A DNA stretch of 64,000 nt. It comes from Camelus dromedarius (taxonomy: Eukaryota). The stretch spans positions 41,666,001-41,730,000 of the forward strand of contig NC_087447.1 in assembly GCF_036321535.1 (NCBI RefSeq), in the 5' to 3' direction. The position numbers and the translations under genes are program-made. The notes below the pieces were generated by a model, which was not told the origin of the DNA, did not search any database, and saw nothing but the letters and a program-made list of their open reading frames with translations. Positions 35,956 through 48,439 of this stretch are shown one piece after another; the first letter of the stretch is position 1; the number at the start of each line of letters is the position of its first letter.

Positions 35956-37319
35956 TCATGCCCCCTTGGCTCAGAAATGAGCTCCAGGAAATTGGTGCAG
36001 GAACTGCCCCAACTCTGACTCTCTGGGCACAGGGTTCAGATCTTAAACTGGGGCTAAGTAGAGCCGGTACAACTTCTTGGGGCCCTTACCCAGGACTTAT
36101 GCAGCCCACAATGCGAGGTCTCCTGGCACGGAACTATAAGAACCAGAGTTGGGTACCGCGCAGAAGACCCGAACCCGGGACCTCGGTAACTGTGGCCTCG
36201 AGTGGACCGCGCCCCCTGCCGGCTCGGCGCCTGACCTGGCCGCGACCCCCAGACTCCCGCCGAGCCTCAGGGGCAGGGCACAGAGCGCAGCCGAGAGGAG
36301 CAGGGGCTCGCCAGACCCCCGAGAGCGGCCCACACTCCAGGGTTCTGGGATGGACTAGTAAGATTTCGCAAGAGGGGCAGGCTCTGAAAGGCTGATTTGA
36401 GAATTGGGATGGGGGGGGGCAGTTATCTGAAGTGTCAGAATTTGTGTGCCTATTTGGAAATAGAGGAATAACCAAAATTAGGACGAAGAATATCGTTTCG
36501 TTTTTTCCTCCTTGTAATCCAATTATGCCTTATAAGGTTACAACCTGAGAGTTTGCCTAGCTGCCCTCGGAGCCTCCATTCACCCCTTGTAAACGTGAGG
36601 ATTTACTGCCAGGGAGCACACTAATGCTTCACGTATGTTAATCGCTTTACAGTTTACAAAGCATGGCCAGCCACATCCTGATCTCCTTTGATCCTCACAT
36701 CTACCCTTGAGTTAGGCGAGGAAGGTAACATCAGTTTTCTACTCGGTGAGATGAAAAAACTAAAGTTCAGAGGAGGAAGCATTTACCTAAAGTCACACCA
36801 AAGGTGGTAAGCAGCAGAGTCCTAGCTCAGCCCAGAAAGCAAGCATGGCTGACTGGATGGGGCGCGTCGTGGATTTTTCTAGGCTAGGGTCATCCTCTCG
36901 TCAAGGGGGAGAGAAGAGTCCTAGCCCCCGCCCAAGGATTTATGCCTGTTCATGATGAATCACCCCCAAGCACGTTTGTCACTCGTGTACACTCTTCCAT
37001 CACTGCTTTTTGACTTCACTTTCTTACTTAATTTTGGAGGCCAAACCGGCGAGGGAACTCAGCCCCTTGGAGCTCCCTACTTCTGACAGGAGGGTCTCTG
37101 GTGTCCTATCACCCACTACCCTGGATGCAGGTCGTAGACTGTGAAACGGAGGTCGGGGGACCATTGAAATTCTGAGGACCAGCTTCTAGTCCTCATTTTA
37201 TGGCATTCGCTGTGTGAACGTAGGCAAGTCACGTCCCCACTCTATTTTCCCCATCTATAACGTGTCCCCAGCAGATCTCTAAGCTTCCTACCTGCTATGC
37301 CATGCTGATTCGGAGACCT

Positions 37320-38620
37320 AGTGCACAGGCGGCTGGCTTGGGGCGCGCGGACCTTGCCTGCCCTGGGCCTCGCGTTGCCAGCTCAGCCGCCCTTTCACTC
37401 CCAGGAATGATGGGTGGACATTGCACCTGGGGAAGGAATGGCCGCACCGACGTTATTATTTTCAGGATTCTTTCCTGAGAAAACCACCTGAGCGGACCTG
37501 AGTTCCAGCTGAGGGCGGGGGACAGATACCTAGCTCTGGCTTGGGCTCTGGTAAGGGCTGGAGACGCCGAGGAGGGATGCAGCGCAGCGTCTGGGCTGGG
37601 TTCCGGCGCCTGGCTGGCCGCAGGGTAGGCGCTGCAGCAAACGGGGTCTGGCGGCTAGTCGGCCCGCGCAAAACCCAGCAGGTATTACTGAGCGCCTGCT
37701 CTGTTTCCAGGAGCCCCCCCAGCCTCACTATTCTATTTTGCTCGCTAGTCACCCATATCTTACGGCTTCCTTTCAGTTCGTCCCCTGCGAGTCAGGCTCT
37801 CCGCGGCGACCCTGTTCAGGACAGGCTGTCTGTCAGTCTTGTCCAAGGATGCGACCTACTCTTCTCCAGCCTCCAGCTGGGTTCACGCCAAGACAGGTTT
37901 TTACTTTCATTTCCCCGGCGCGCTCCTCCGACTGCTAGGGAGGTCAAGGACAGCTGGGCGCCGGCCTACAGCCAGGGAAGGTCCCGTGGTCTGGACTCGT
38001 TCCTTCCAGTTCCCACCAGCCCTGGGGGGTTTGGTCTGCAGAGGACTCTTCAGCTCTACCTTGTGGCCTCCTCTCTTGTCCTTTAGTAGAGACCTGATTC
38101 CGTGGGGGGTAGGGGGTGCTGTGGGGGCGGGGAAGGGGACTGAGGACTGAGCTCTCGCTCTGGCTGCAGGACTGTGAGGCGTGCTGTTGGTGCAGACTTC
38201 GGTTTGAACTACTGGAGGCTTCAACAAGCAAACCCAGCCCGGGAGTGGAGACTCGGCTCTCCTCTGCCCGGTTCCAGCGCCTACGCGGTAGCGGCGGTGC
38301 CAGGATTTCTCACCTGAGAGCCTCGGCATGCTCCTTATCAGCCCAGGTGCTCCTTGTACCTCTAGCATTCAGAAGACTGACGCTTGAGAACTCCGTCAAT
38401 TCTTTCCTTAAGTAAAGTCCTGGGTTGGCAGCTCGGGATTTTCCTAGAACACCTATCTTGGAAAGTGTGTATGTGTGCGCGGGCGCGTGTGTTTGCGTGG
38501 GTGGGCGACAGGGGCCAGAGTGTTCCCCAAAGCGTTGTGGAGTATAAGAAGAAAAAAGATATAAAATATGCCAGCTGTTGGCATCTATTTTTTCCCGTGG
38601 AACCTCGAGTTCGTTTACGT
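37320..38620. promoter_or_regulatory. CpG-rich element 1.5-2.8 kb upstream of ADM
   Basis: CpG-rich, no recognisable repeat; carries kB and STAT motifs. Confidence 0.6.
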
Positions 38621-39481
38621 AATCATTGTTGAAGGAAAAAAAATCAGTAGAGTGTGTTCTTGGTTAAACCTATATCTAGAAGGAAACAGCGCAGCTGGAG
38701 TTCTGCTTCTGGTGATCTGTTAACGTGGAGTTTCATCCATCCAAGCTGCAGAGATTGTAGATGAAAATTGAGTACAAGGAAGGAAGGAAGGAAGTGAAGG
38801 AAGAAACATCTTTAAAATCTCACTGGCAAGAAAAGCGAAAGAAACAAAAGAAATACCTTCTAGTTAATGAAGATCCACTTTTTTGTGTGCCTAAGAATTT
38901 TTAAAGGGTCAGATTGTAAATAAACCCCCAAAGCATCGTAATAAATGTGTGTATCCTGACATCATACGTACAGACATACAAATATGCTAAAGCCTTGTTG
39001 TGTAATGGTGTCTCAATTTCTTCCTACATTCTAACTGAATTATTTTTAGGCCCTAAATCCAAGCCTTATTCTTAGTAATGTTTGGCATTGTAAGAAATTT
39101 GTGGTGGTGTTTTTTCAGCTAACACTGTGGACACAATCCCTAAAGCCAGAGTGACCACACTCAGGTCATGAAGAAAAGTAATGAAAAACAATAAACAATA
39201 TTAATATTAATAAGAATAATTAAACTTAAGGGGTTAAGTGCATTGGATAGTTACCTCTGGTGTGTCTTTTTTCAAACAGGAAATTTTATAATTCATTTAT
39301 TATTCATATAGTTCAAAATGCCTCTCCTAAGCTGAAGGCTTGTTTACAAAGATTATTTGAAAACAAGTTTCAAGAAGCATCCTGGAGTCATAACACCAAG
39401 TGCTTTAAAGAAAGGACCCAATCAGCCTTTTGGACTTAGTCACTCACAGGGAGAAGTAAAGCAGGATATAAAGGTCAGGGC

Positions 39482-39503
39482 TTTTTTTTTTTTTTTTTTT
39501 TTT
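39482..39503. repeat. T22 homopolymer
   Basis: Direct read. Confidence 0.9.
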
Positions 39504-40762
39504 AAATTTCTGACTTCTCTGAGGAGCTAATAAGATGTAGACCCTTTCTAGAAAAATGCACATGTATGTAAACCAATTTAAGTGTAAAACAAGCATACAG
39601 TTTCAGGAGGTTGACCAAGTAAAGAATGCTGACACAGAATAAGATGCACTGTTTCTATAGCATTAATTTATGAGTTGTGGAGGCCAGGAGGGCAGTTAAC
39701 CTTTCTCTTTTTTGGGCATAAAATTTTCCAATGCATCAGTATAAAGAAAAGCAATGCTTTTCCTGCCTCCTTTTTGTGCTCCCACACAAAACAGGTGAAC
39801 AGAAATAATCAGTCCTCTTATATGATAAAGCCAAAAGACAGACTTCCCTGAAGCTTAAAGGACAGATGAAAGAGAACGTGGAGAAGATGGTTAATATGTA
39901 GAAGCTTCTTTTACTAACAGCTATAACAGAATAACATGAAGTTACTTCAAGAAAAATTTACTACTGATGGCACAATGAATGGCATTAATAAGTGGAGTAT
40001 AAAAGAGATGATTAGATCATTTGGGGGTCATCCCTAGAGAATAAGAATGGGGTTAATGAGAGCAACCATCATGCTACCTGCTTCCAGGTGGGGATACTGT
40101 ACTTATCAGATTAGAACCATTAGAGTGAAGCAATTCTTATGCATGGGCCTATGGGATTTGAAAGTTTATTCATTCCTTCAACAAATATTTACTGAGCAAA
40201 TATTATGTGCCTGGATCTGTACTAAGCGCTGGGCATACAGTAATCATCAATGCAAACATCATTCTTGCCCTCAGTGAGCTTACAGCATAGAGGGTGGCCA
40301 AACATAAATAAACCCTCACAGGAATACATGATTATAAACTGTGGTTAGTGTTCTGAAGAAAAAGCAAGATTAGAGGGATCCAATGTCTCAAATGGAGGGA
40401 ACAGCTTGTGCAAATGCTCAGAGATGAGAAAGAGCCTGGTACATTAGAGAAAATGAAAGGTGGCCAGTGTGGCTGAAATGTATTGAGGGAGAAGAGAGGC
40501 ATGAAATGAGATTAAAGAGGTTATCAGAGAGTAAATAGAACCCTTTGGTATATGATGACGATTTTGCACTTTATTCATAAGAAGGGAAGCCATTGACAGA
40601 TTTGAAGATGGGAAAAACATAATCTGATATACATTTAAAAGATCATTTTGGCTATTGAATGTGGTGGATGGATTAAGGAGGAGCAAGAAGGGAAGCAGCG
40701 CAGTGGTGGTGCCCTGGAGAGATTGGAGAGGGCCTCTGCCTCCTATAATCTCAGTTAATTCA

Positions 40763-40764
<2 letters not shown>

Positions 40765-40800
<36 letters not shown>
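40765..40800. repeat. (AC)18 microsatellite
   Basis: Direct read. Confidence 0.95.
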
Positions 40801-40805
<5 letters not shown>

Positions 40806-40824
40806 CCACCCTAAGCTACACCAA

Positions 40825-40984
40825 CAGAGCTGACTTCATGGACAGGCACCCTGTTAGTCACACGGAGCCCCATACTAAATGCTCTGCTTCTTGCTGTTTT
40901 GAAATTCTTAGTAATTTTTGAAAAGAGAGAGGATCCTACATTTTCATTTTGCTCTGGGCTCTGCCAATTATGTAGCCAGTCCCA
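40825..40984. mobile_element. MER91A-like hAT-Tip100 MITE
   Basis: CAGAGCTGACTTCATGG...TTGAAATTCTTAGTAATTTTTG...ATTATGTAGCCAGTCC; 8-bp TSD T(A/T)CACCAA at 40817-40824 and 40985-40992. Confidence 0.75.
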
Positions 40985-42259
40985 TTCACCAAATAAAGAT
41001 GCAATCTAAGTAAAAGCAGCCTGCAATCTCTCATGGCACTTATTTATGCTGAAGCTGCTAACGTCAAGGATACTTCGTATCAATGTCAAGATTCAGCTAT
41101 TCATATAGTCACATATATGAAAGCAACTGCAGGACAATTTCTATCAGTCATCTCTGAAGCCTCCTTTCTGTATTCCAAACACAGCCCCAAGGTAAAAACA
41201 TGTGTTTCCTATACAGATTTAATTTGAAGACAGGGTTCATAACCCACTTTTTGTCCCAAAGTTTTACCTAGATGGAAAATCTGGAACCACCAACGAATTT
41301 GGGAAACCAGTTAGGAAGCTATTACGTAGTTAAGGTGGGAGGTGACAGTGGCTCAGACTAGTTGGGTGGCAGTGAGGGTAGGGGCAGAAGTGTACATATT
41401 TGGGAAGTAGGATCAATAGGACTGAGTAATGAATGTGAGGCTGAGAGAGAGGCAGGTGTCAAGGGTAACATCATTCAGTTTGGGCAACCTAGTGGAGGGA
41501 GACGTGGCAATGGATCAGGGAATTTCCTACCACAGCTGCTTAGTTTCCTTTTTTACTGGTTGATAGAGACTATTTGAAGGGGCCCCATCCCTGCCTGCAG
41601 ACACTTGGTCAAGCCGAACTCTGATATTGCCTCTCTGGACTGTAGCAGCTAACCACAGGATGCACTTGAAATGACTGTGCAGAGCAGCCACTTACTCTAC
41701 GATAGCCGACTGTAGGAACAGCAGGCTGATAATCCTTGCTCACTAGTAATCAGCTCCTTTTTTGTCTTCTAAAGCATAAAAGAAAGGCATCTGCTGTATA
41801 CACATCATCATTGTGCCACATAGTCTTCCTCCCTTCCTGCTCCTGCCAGCCTTCAGTTAAACAAATCTGGATTTGCCCTACTCCCTCACTCTTTGGTAAA
41901 AGGTGACGGTGGTTATCTCAGGGGATAGTCTGGCCTTCAGCCAATATCAGTAATCAAGCTGCCTTGTCAGGGCTTATCAGTTTCAGCAGACTGGCAGCTG
42001 TTGATTGGGAAACAAAGCACAGTTCCAGTGTATGCTAAATATGCTCACCTGGGGTAAGTCAAAATCCATGTGCTACAAAACACCCATTTGCAAATGGTCT
42101 GCCAGCCTACTTATGACCTAACAGATGGAATATGCCTAAAAGGAAACAGCATTTGATTCAAGGTTTGAAAACAGCTAAGCTTTGATTTAAAAAAAAAAGT
42201 TAAAATAATTTAAACCAACACTTGTGAATGAATAAAAAAAACAACACATTTAAAAAGTA

Positions 42260-42852
42260 GACTGGGACCCCCTACCTTATGTCATATATAAAAATTAATT
42301 CAAAATGGGTCAATGGCCTAAAATAAGAGTAAATTATGAAATGCTTAGAAGAAAACGTAGGAGTAAATCTTCATGACCTCAGATTTGGCAATGGATTCTT
42401 TTATCCGACATGAAAGCACAAGAAACAAAAGAAAAAACAGATAAATTTGACTTACTATGGTATATACATACAATGGAATATTATTTCAGCCATGAATAAG
42501 AATGAAGTACTGTTATATGCTACAACGTGGATGAACCTTAAAAACATTACACTAAATGAAAGAACTCAGACACAGAAGGTCACATATTGTATGATTGTAT
42601 TTATGCCAATTATCCATACTAGGTAAGTCCATAGAGACAAAACAGCAAATTGGTAGTTATCAGAGGTTGGGGGAGGGGGAAACAGGAGTGACAGCTTTAT
42701 GGGTGTGGGGTTTTCTTTTGGGTGATGAAAATATTTTGGAACTAGATAGAGGTGGTTGCACAACACTGTGAATGTACTCAATACCACTGAACTGTATACT
42801 TTAAAATTGTTCATTTTATGATATGTGAATTGCACCTTAATTAAAAAAAGAA
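42260..42852 (+). mobile_element. L1 ORF2 fragment joined to an L1MB-like 3' end
   Basis: AAAATTAATTCAAAATGG..GTAAATCTTCATGACCT; then CATACAATGGAATATTATT..ATATGTGAATTGCACCTTAATTAAAAAAA. Confidence 0.8.
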
Positions 42853-43562
42853 AAATGGGAAAGGAACATGATAGTTGCCTTAAAAATCAGAAAAGCTATC
42901 ATATGAAGATAGATTTTTTTTTCTGGGTATTTCCATAGAGCAAAATTGGGGGTAGTTACAAGACAACTCTGACATAATAAGGAAGAACGTTCTAACAATA
43001 GGGTTAATAAACATTGCAATGGGCTGCCTCCCAAGGAAGTAAGATTCCTCTTTACTGAAAGTGATCAAATTGGGTGACGAGCTCCCAAGGAAATTATAGA
43101 GAGGAATCTTACAAGAGGTGTGACTGAAGCTTTTTCAGTTTGGTTATTTCCAAGATCAGTCTGCTATCTTCCCTCCTCCCCTGCAACTAGGCTGATTCTG
43201 TTTGACCATAGCAATTTGCAAATGAACTCCTAAAGTATTACTTCCTGGGAGTTTCAGTTCTTCTAGTGCAGCCCAACCCTCTCAATCTGTAGGTGAAGAA
43301 AGTTCCACACAGAAAGAGGAAATGATCTATGAGAGCACATTTTCGGGAACTGAGACAGCAAATCTCTGGACTCCCAGTTCAGAGTTCGAGACATCGTGCA
43401 CTTCTCTCCACGAAGATGATCACATTTGCAAACCAGGGAGATTCCCAAAACTACTTGTAACATATTCTGCTATTAAAACTTCATGAGATACTGACAGAGG
43501 ACAAAGCAAGCTCATCTGGTGCCTCACTAGCCAAATTCGAAACGACCAATAAGAGGTGTAGC

Positions 43563-43612
43563 AAAAAAAAAAAAAAAAAAAAAAACAAAGAAAGAAAGAA
43601 AGAAAAAAAAAG
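43563..43612. repeat. A23 followed by (AAAG)n and an A run
   Basis: Direct read; sits at the upstream edge of the SBF2 CpG island. Confidence 0.9.
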
Positions 43613-43699
43613 GCCACCTAGATAATTCCTAGATTGGATGATGAGATCCACTAATTGATTTTATTGCATTGTTTGAGCAGGGAAGCTGGAAGTCACCAC

Positions 43700-45000
43700 C
43701 TGCTCCTGCTGCAAGAGCTATGGGACCGCAGTAAGGGGCGAAAGCCTAGGCGGGAAGGACTTCCTTGAGAGAGAGACAAGCCTTCTCCCACGGACTCTGT
43801 TGGAGCCGGCAGTTCAGGAGGATCCCGGGGATGCCGCGTTCTTCGGTGGAATCCAGCTTCCTCAGGCGCTCCAGGGGAAGCCCAGGTCAACCGCCCCCAG
43901 CCCACCCAGGAATGAAGCACGAGGCGCCTCTGAAGATTGCGCAAAAGCCTCTCCCTCCTCCGCCTGTTCGGTGGCATGTTCCTAAAATTCCCATCTGCAC
44001 AACATAAACAGGAAACGTGCAGCAAAAGGCCTGGCGGTGCAAATTCCATGCTTCCAGCCGAGGGCGGGAGAATCTCGTCTTGGCGCGGGGGAGGGGAAGC
44101 AGCAAACTTGCCAGGGGACCCCCTCAACCATCCCTGTCTCGTCTGCCCAGATCCAGAAAGAGTGGAGAAGGCGGAAGGAAGGACACCCTGCTTTAGGAAA
44201 AACAGGGAAAGGGGAGGGGGGCCGCGAAGGGGCAGCCAGGCATCAAAGTGAACCACCCCTAGCCGCTGTGGTGGCGGCGCGTGGCGGGAATACGGCGGGT
44301 CGCCCATTCCCCAAAGCCGGCAGTCGCAACTGCCCGCGGAGGGTGGGGGTGGGGGTGGGCTCTCCGCCCCCGCTGGGGTCAAGGAGCCAGCGCGGGTGGG
44401 GGCGGGGCAGGAGCGGGCGCTAAGTGCGGCGCAGGCGCAGTGCGCGCCTCGGTTGTCAAACATGGCTGAAGTGCCGCCGCTGCCGCTACTGCTGCTGCAG
44501 GGAAAATGCTGAGCCCTCCCGGGCCCGGTGGGCGGCGGCGGCGAGGGCGGCGACGGGCACCCGCTTCCCGGGCGCGGCGGCGGCGGCGGCCATGGCCCGG
44601 CTGGCCGACTACTTCATTGTAGTAGGCTACGACCACGAGAAGCCAGGTAAGGGTGTGGGGCGGGCGCCGCCCCCGGGCCTCCCCGCCTCCGCCCCCCGGC
44701 TGCCGTCCAGTGGCTTCTGCGGGGCCGGACGTCTCGGCCGGGAGGTGGGGAGGGCCCGGCTGAGCCCGGGCAGAGCCGGCGCTCCAGCGTCCGGCCTTCT
44801 TGGCCGGGCAGGGCCTCGCGGTGGGCGTGAGGGACCGGCACGAGGGGCGGGGGAGTGGGGGAGGCCGCGTCTGCGGGGCCCGGGGCGGCCCAGCTGAGTC
44901 AGTTGGGGCAAGTCTGGGTTCCGCGACCCTCGCTTTCGAGGGGGTCGGGTACCAGGGGCAGCGCCCTGGGGCCGGTAGGTTGGGCCAGGACCCTAGGGCT
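43700..45000. promoter_or_regulatory. SBF2: SBF2 CpG-island, TATA-less promoter
   Basis: Very high GC/CpG; GC boxes at 44364-44370 and about 44398-44407; NRF1-like GCGCAGGCGCA 44429-44439; YY1-like AAACATGGCT 44458-44467; GCG repeat before the ATG. Confidence 0.88.
44592..44646 (+). CDS. SBF2: SET-binding factor 2 / myotubularin-related protein 13, first coding exon (start of the uDENN region)
   Basis: Strong Kozak GCC-ATG-G; encodes MARLADYFIVVGYDHEKP(G); donor CAG|gtaagg; 55 nt, phase 1. Head-to-head with ADM as in human. Confidence 0.96.
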
Positions 45001-46469
45001 GGGAGGGTGGGAGCCAACTGTGATGAGTTCTTCGGGGATAAACTTCTTTCCAGCATCCTGAGTGAGTAACGAGTGACGCAGGGGGCTGTCCTCTCCAAAA
45101 GGAAGTGCTCAGAGTCCGGTGCTACTTCACTCCTGCTGGTGTTGGGGATCTGTAGTCACCGTCCCAGTGAACGCGTGGTACCGGGGAAGGGGAAAGAATC
45201 CTTGACCTTATACACGTTTTTAGGAAATACTCCCTGTTCTTTCAGGACAGATGTGACGGTCATTTCAGAATGAATCTGAACACTATCTTTTAAGTAAGGA
45301 CAGTCAACAAGGTGATCTTGTTCACTTTAATGTGTGTTTTAAGTGTTCTTTCAATTCGTCAGAAAATTTTCCTCATAATCTGGCAGATGTATTGCATTTT
45401 AATTTAATTGATTGATTTCCACAACTTAAAAGGAATCAGGATTTATGCACGTTTATTTTTATATTTATATTCCTTTGTGTTACTGTATAGCTAAGCATAA
45501 TGTAATAGGTTGAGCTGGGGAAGCACATCTATTTCAGGGTAATTCTGGTCGCACATTTGCAAGGAATTTTAGATATCAGCTAGACAGTCCCTTCATTTTT
45601 CAGAGGAGATGCTGAGATTGTGTTTTGCTGATGGTTACAGCCATTTATAGCCTCAAAATACCATTGTTCTACCCACTCTTGGTCGACTGCCCCTTTCACT
45701 ATTCCTTTCCTAATAACTTCCTTTAGCGGGAACCTTTTATATTCTTTAGTCTCTCACTCCTCTTTACTTAATCGAAGTTAACTGTTAGAAGAGGTTGGAC
45801 TAAATTTAAAGTGTCTTCTGGCTCTGTCACCCGGAAAAGGGGAAATAAGAATTACCTCGGTTCTTAGTCACCGGAAACAAAAATTTTTGACGAGAGACAA
45901 AAAGCGTGATATACGGAAGATTTTTATTAGTGAAGTAAAAAAAAAATACTGAAAGTACACTCCTGAGAACTGGGAGTGGGCTAATCCAAGAGGAAAAATG
46001 GCACCGTTCCTTTGTTTTTCATGTTTATATAGCCTGATTTCATGATTGATCGGTTGATTGATTGACAACTCAGGTTCCCTGTGCTCCAGCATGCCCATCC
46101 CCTTTTGGGCCTGTTCATTCCGTCAAGTTATACCAGGTACCCCTCCCACGCGCAGCTGCAGCACTTTGGTTTTAACTGGCTTCTTTTACCGGCCCTCATT
46201 TAGAGAAAGTAAACATTTCTGGAGTCCCTTTTCTTGAATGCAGACACACTGCCATTTTCTGGATTGTTCCTTTCCTCTTCCTCTCCCCCTGCCCAGTGCT
46301 CATTTCTAACTAACTACCTATCAGCTCCGAAATTTTATGTCCTAGTAATTTTGCATAGTCTGCTATCTCTTTCTTACCGAGATGAACAATATGGAGAATC
46401 ATGGTTTGTTTTTTTAACATTATTTAATTTTTAGCGACATTTTCCCCCCTCACATTAAAAAAACTGAAA

Positions 46470-48320
46470 CAATCACAAACTTGCAGAAAACTTGCAAGTA
46501 CAGTACAAGGAACTTTTTTTCTTCCTGAACCATTTGAGAGGAAGCTGCTGACCTGATGCCCTATTACCCCAGAATGCTGTAGTTTCTTTTTTTCTCTACA
46601 AACAAGTATTTTCCCCTACATAATCAGAATACAGTCATCAAAATCGGGAAATTAACACTGACGTAGTACCCCATCTAGTTCTCAGACTGGTTCAATTTCT
46701 ACTGATTGTGCCGTTGATCTTTTCAATGGCAAAAGGATTCAGTTCAGGCTTATGTATTGTATTTATTTGTCATTGGGCCATCCCATCACAGGTGAGGCAA
46801 GCTCTTGGATGGCTTTTGAGTTCATCTGAGGAATCGTGCTGATCTTCAGGAGTTTGCTGCTTGCTTGCCTGTTCTTGATGGCAATGAATTTCATTGTTTT
46901 CATTTACTTTCATGATGTTTTTGGCCATGTGCTGCATGACTTCTTCAATCTGAAATGATTCCTTCATCTTCTCTTGACTTTCATAACCTTAATCCTAAGG
47001 AGGATTATAGGGCTGTTATTTTGTGGAATGCTGCTCATTTGGGATTATCTCTTCTTATGATTAGATACGTATATGTTATGTATTTGGGCAGGAATATCAC
47101 AGAAGTGATGGTCATTGCATCCTATTTGGTGTACAATTTCAGTTTGTCCCAATGGTGATTTTCACTTTGATTACTTGGTATAAGCAATATCTGCCAGGCT
47201 TCTTCACTCTAAATTTTATATCTAATAGCTAATTAACAAATGGTGTTTGTGAGTACTACCTTGAAACTATGTAAATATCTTGTTCATCAAACTTTTAATG
47301 TATTCCTTTATACATTTATATCTGTGTGGACTCATAGTTTTCTTTTTTTTTTAATGGATTATATTCTGTTACTATTTATTTTTTTGTTCAAATTGTTTCT
47401 AATTTGGCCAGCAAAGGCCCATTCAAGCTGGCTTCTGTGACCTTATGACATGTCCCCACCGTTCTTTGAGCATGTCTTTACTTTTTGTCATAAGAAGATG
47501 TTCTAGGCTTATATTGTACTGTCCCTGCCTTAGCCCTGAAATCAGCCATTTCTCTAGGGAGAACTGGATCCTTTTAGTGGATAATGACATTTAGAAGCTA
47601 AGATCTCAGTGCTTGTGTGTTTATTCCTGTTATTGTTACTGCTTCCAAGCCTTAGGGGATGGAGCTGGGGAATATTTGTATACACCTATATTTATCCATG
47701 TATATTGAAAATTATGAGCTTACATCAGCATCTCTAATTTCATTCCAACACTCCGGGGTCCATTCTAATTTTTTCCTTTTTCATATTCATAATACTGTTC
47801 TCTGACAGTGAGAAATCTATCTTCTGTTATCCTTAATATATTTACTTTGTTCAGTCTCCCTCCATTTAACCAGTCTTTCATCTTTGCTACCATCTCCTCC
47901 TTTCCTGGATGCCTTCTTCTCTCTGCTGGATTCAGATTCTTCATTCTGTCTCTCCTACTCCCTACCTTTTTTAGTACCTAACAGCCCATACCAGGATTCC
48001 CTGATACAAGGATACCATCCTCAACCTGCTCGGGGTCTGGCTTGCCATGTCAGCTTCCCTGCTGTTTGTGGATATGCTTCTCACCCCAGTTAGACTCTGA
48101 CACCTGACATTGGGCTGCTTTAGTGTGAAGAAAGATGTCCTCCTCACTCCCTTCACACCCAGTGCCCCATGCCAGGTTGCCTGTCTTTTTGACACCCTCC
48201 TTGCTGTGCTTGGATTTTGTCTGAACTCATTTGGCCATTCCTCCCGACATGGACTTCCACCTTGGTTCACTTGGGCTCTGACAACTCTCACCCCACCCCA
48301 GGGCTACAATGACTACTCTC
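46470..48320 (-). mobile_element. Old L1MC/MD-type 3' region
   Basis: GAAAACTTGCAAGTACAGTACAAGGAAC; AGCCCTGAAATCAGCCATTTCTCTAGGGAG..CCTTTTAGTGG; boundaries approximate. Confidence 0.65.
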
Positions 48321-48439
48321 CATCCCATGGCAGGGAAAGGGAAGATTGTTTTTAAGTAACAAAATCCAGAAGCTTTTATAAATTGTAGAATCTTTATAGT
48401 GAGATGCATCTTTTTTTTAAAACTTGGGATAATTTTTCT

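Larger units (their letters stand above)
34080..36340. promoter_or_regulatory. CpG island covering the ADM promoter and gene body
   Basis: Visibly high CpG density relative to the depleted flanks. Confidence 0.8.
40160..41500 (-). mobile_element. L2 LINE 3' end, interrupted at about 40701-41295
   Basis: TTATTCATTCCTTCAACAAATATTTACTGAGC end motif; GGGAAGCCATTG; resumes at GAAACCAGTTAGGAAGCTATT. Confidence 0.75.

Noticed and set aside
43693..44463. 256-aa minus-strand ORF, and the 239-aa ORF at 44379-45098
   Set aside because: Pro/Arg/Ala/Gly-rich products typical of stop-poor CpG islands; antisense to the SBF2 promoter and exon 1.
44424..44897. 157-aa ORF containing the SBF2 N terminus
   Set aside because: Only 44592-44646 is supported. 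The rest is in-frame 5' UTR (GTG start probably at or before the TSS) and read-through past the GT donor.
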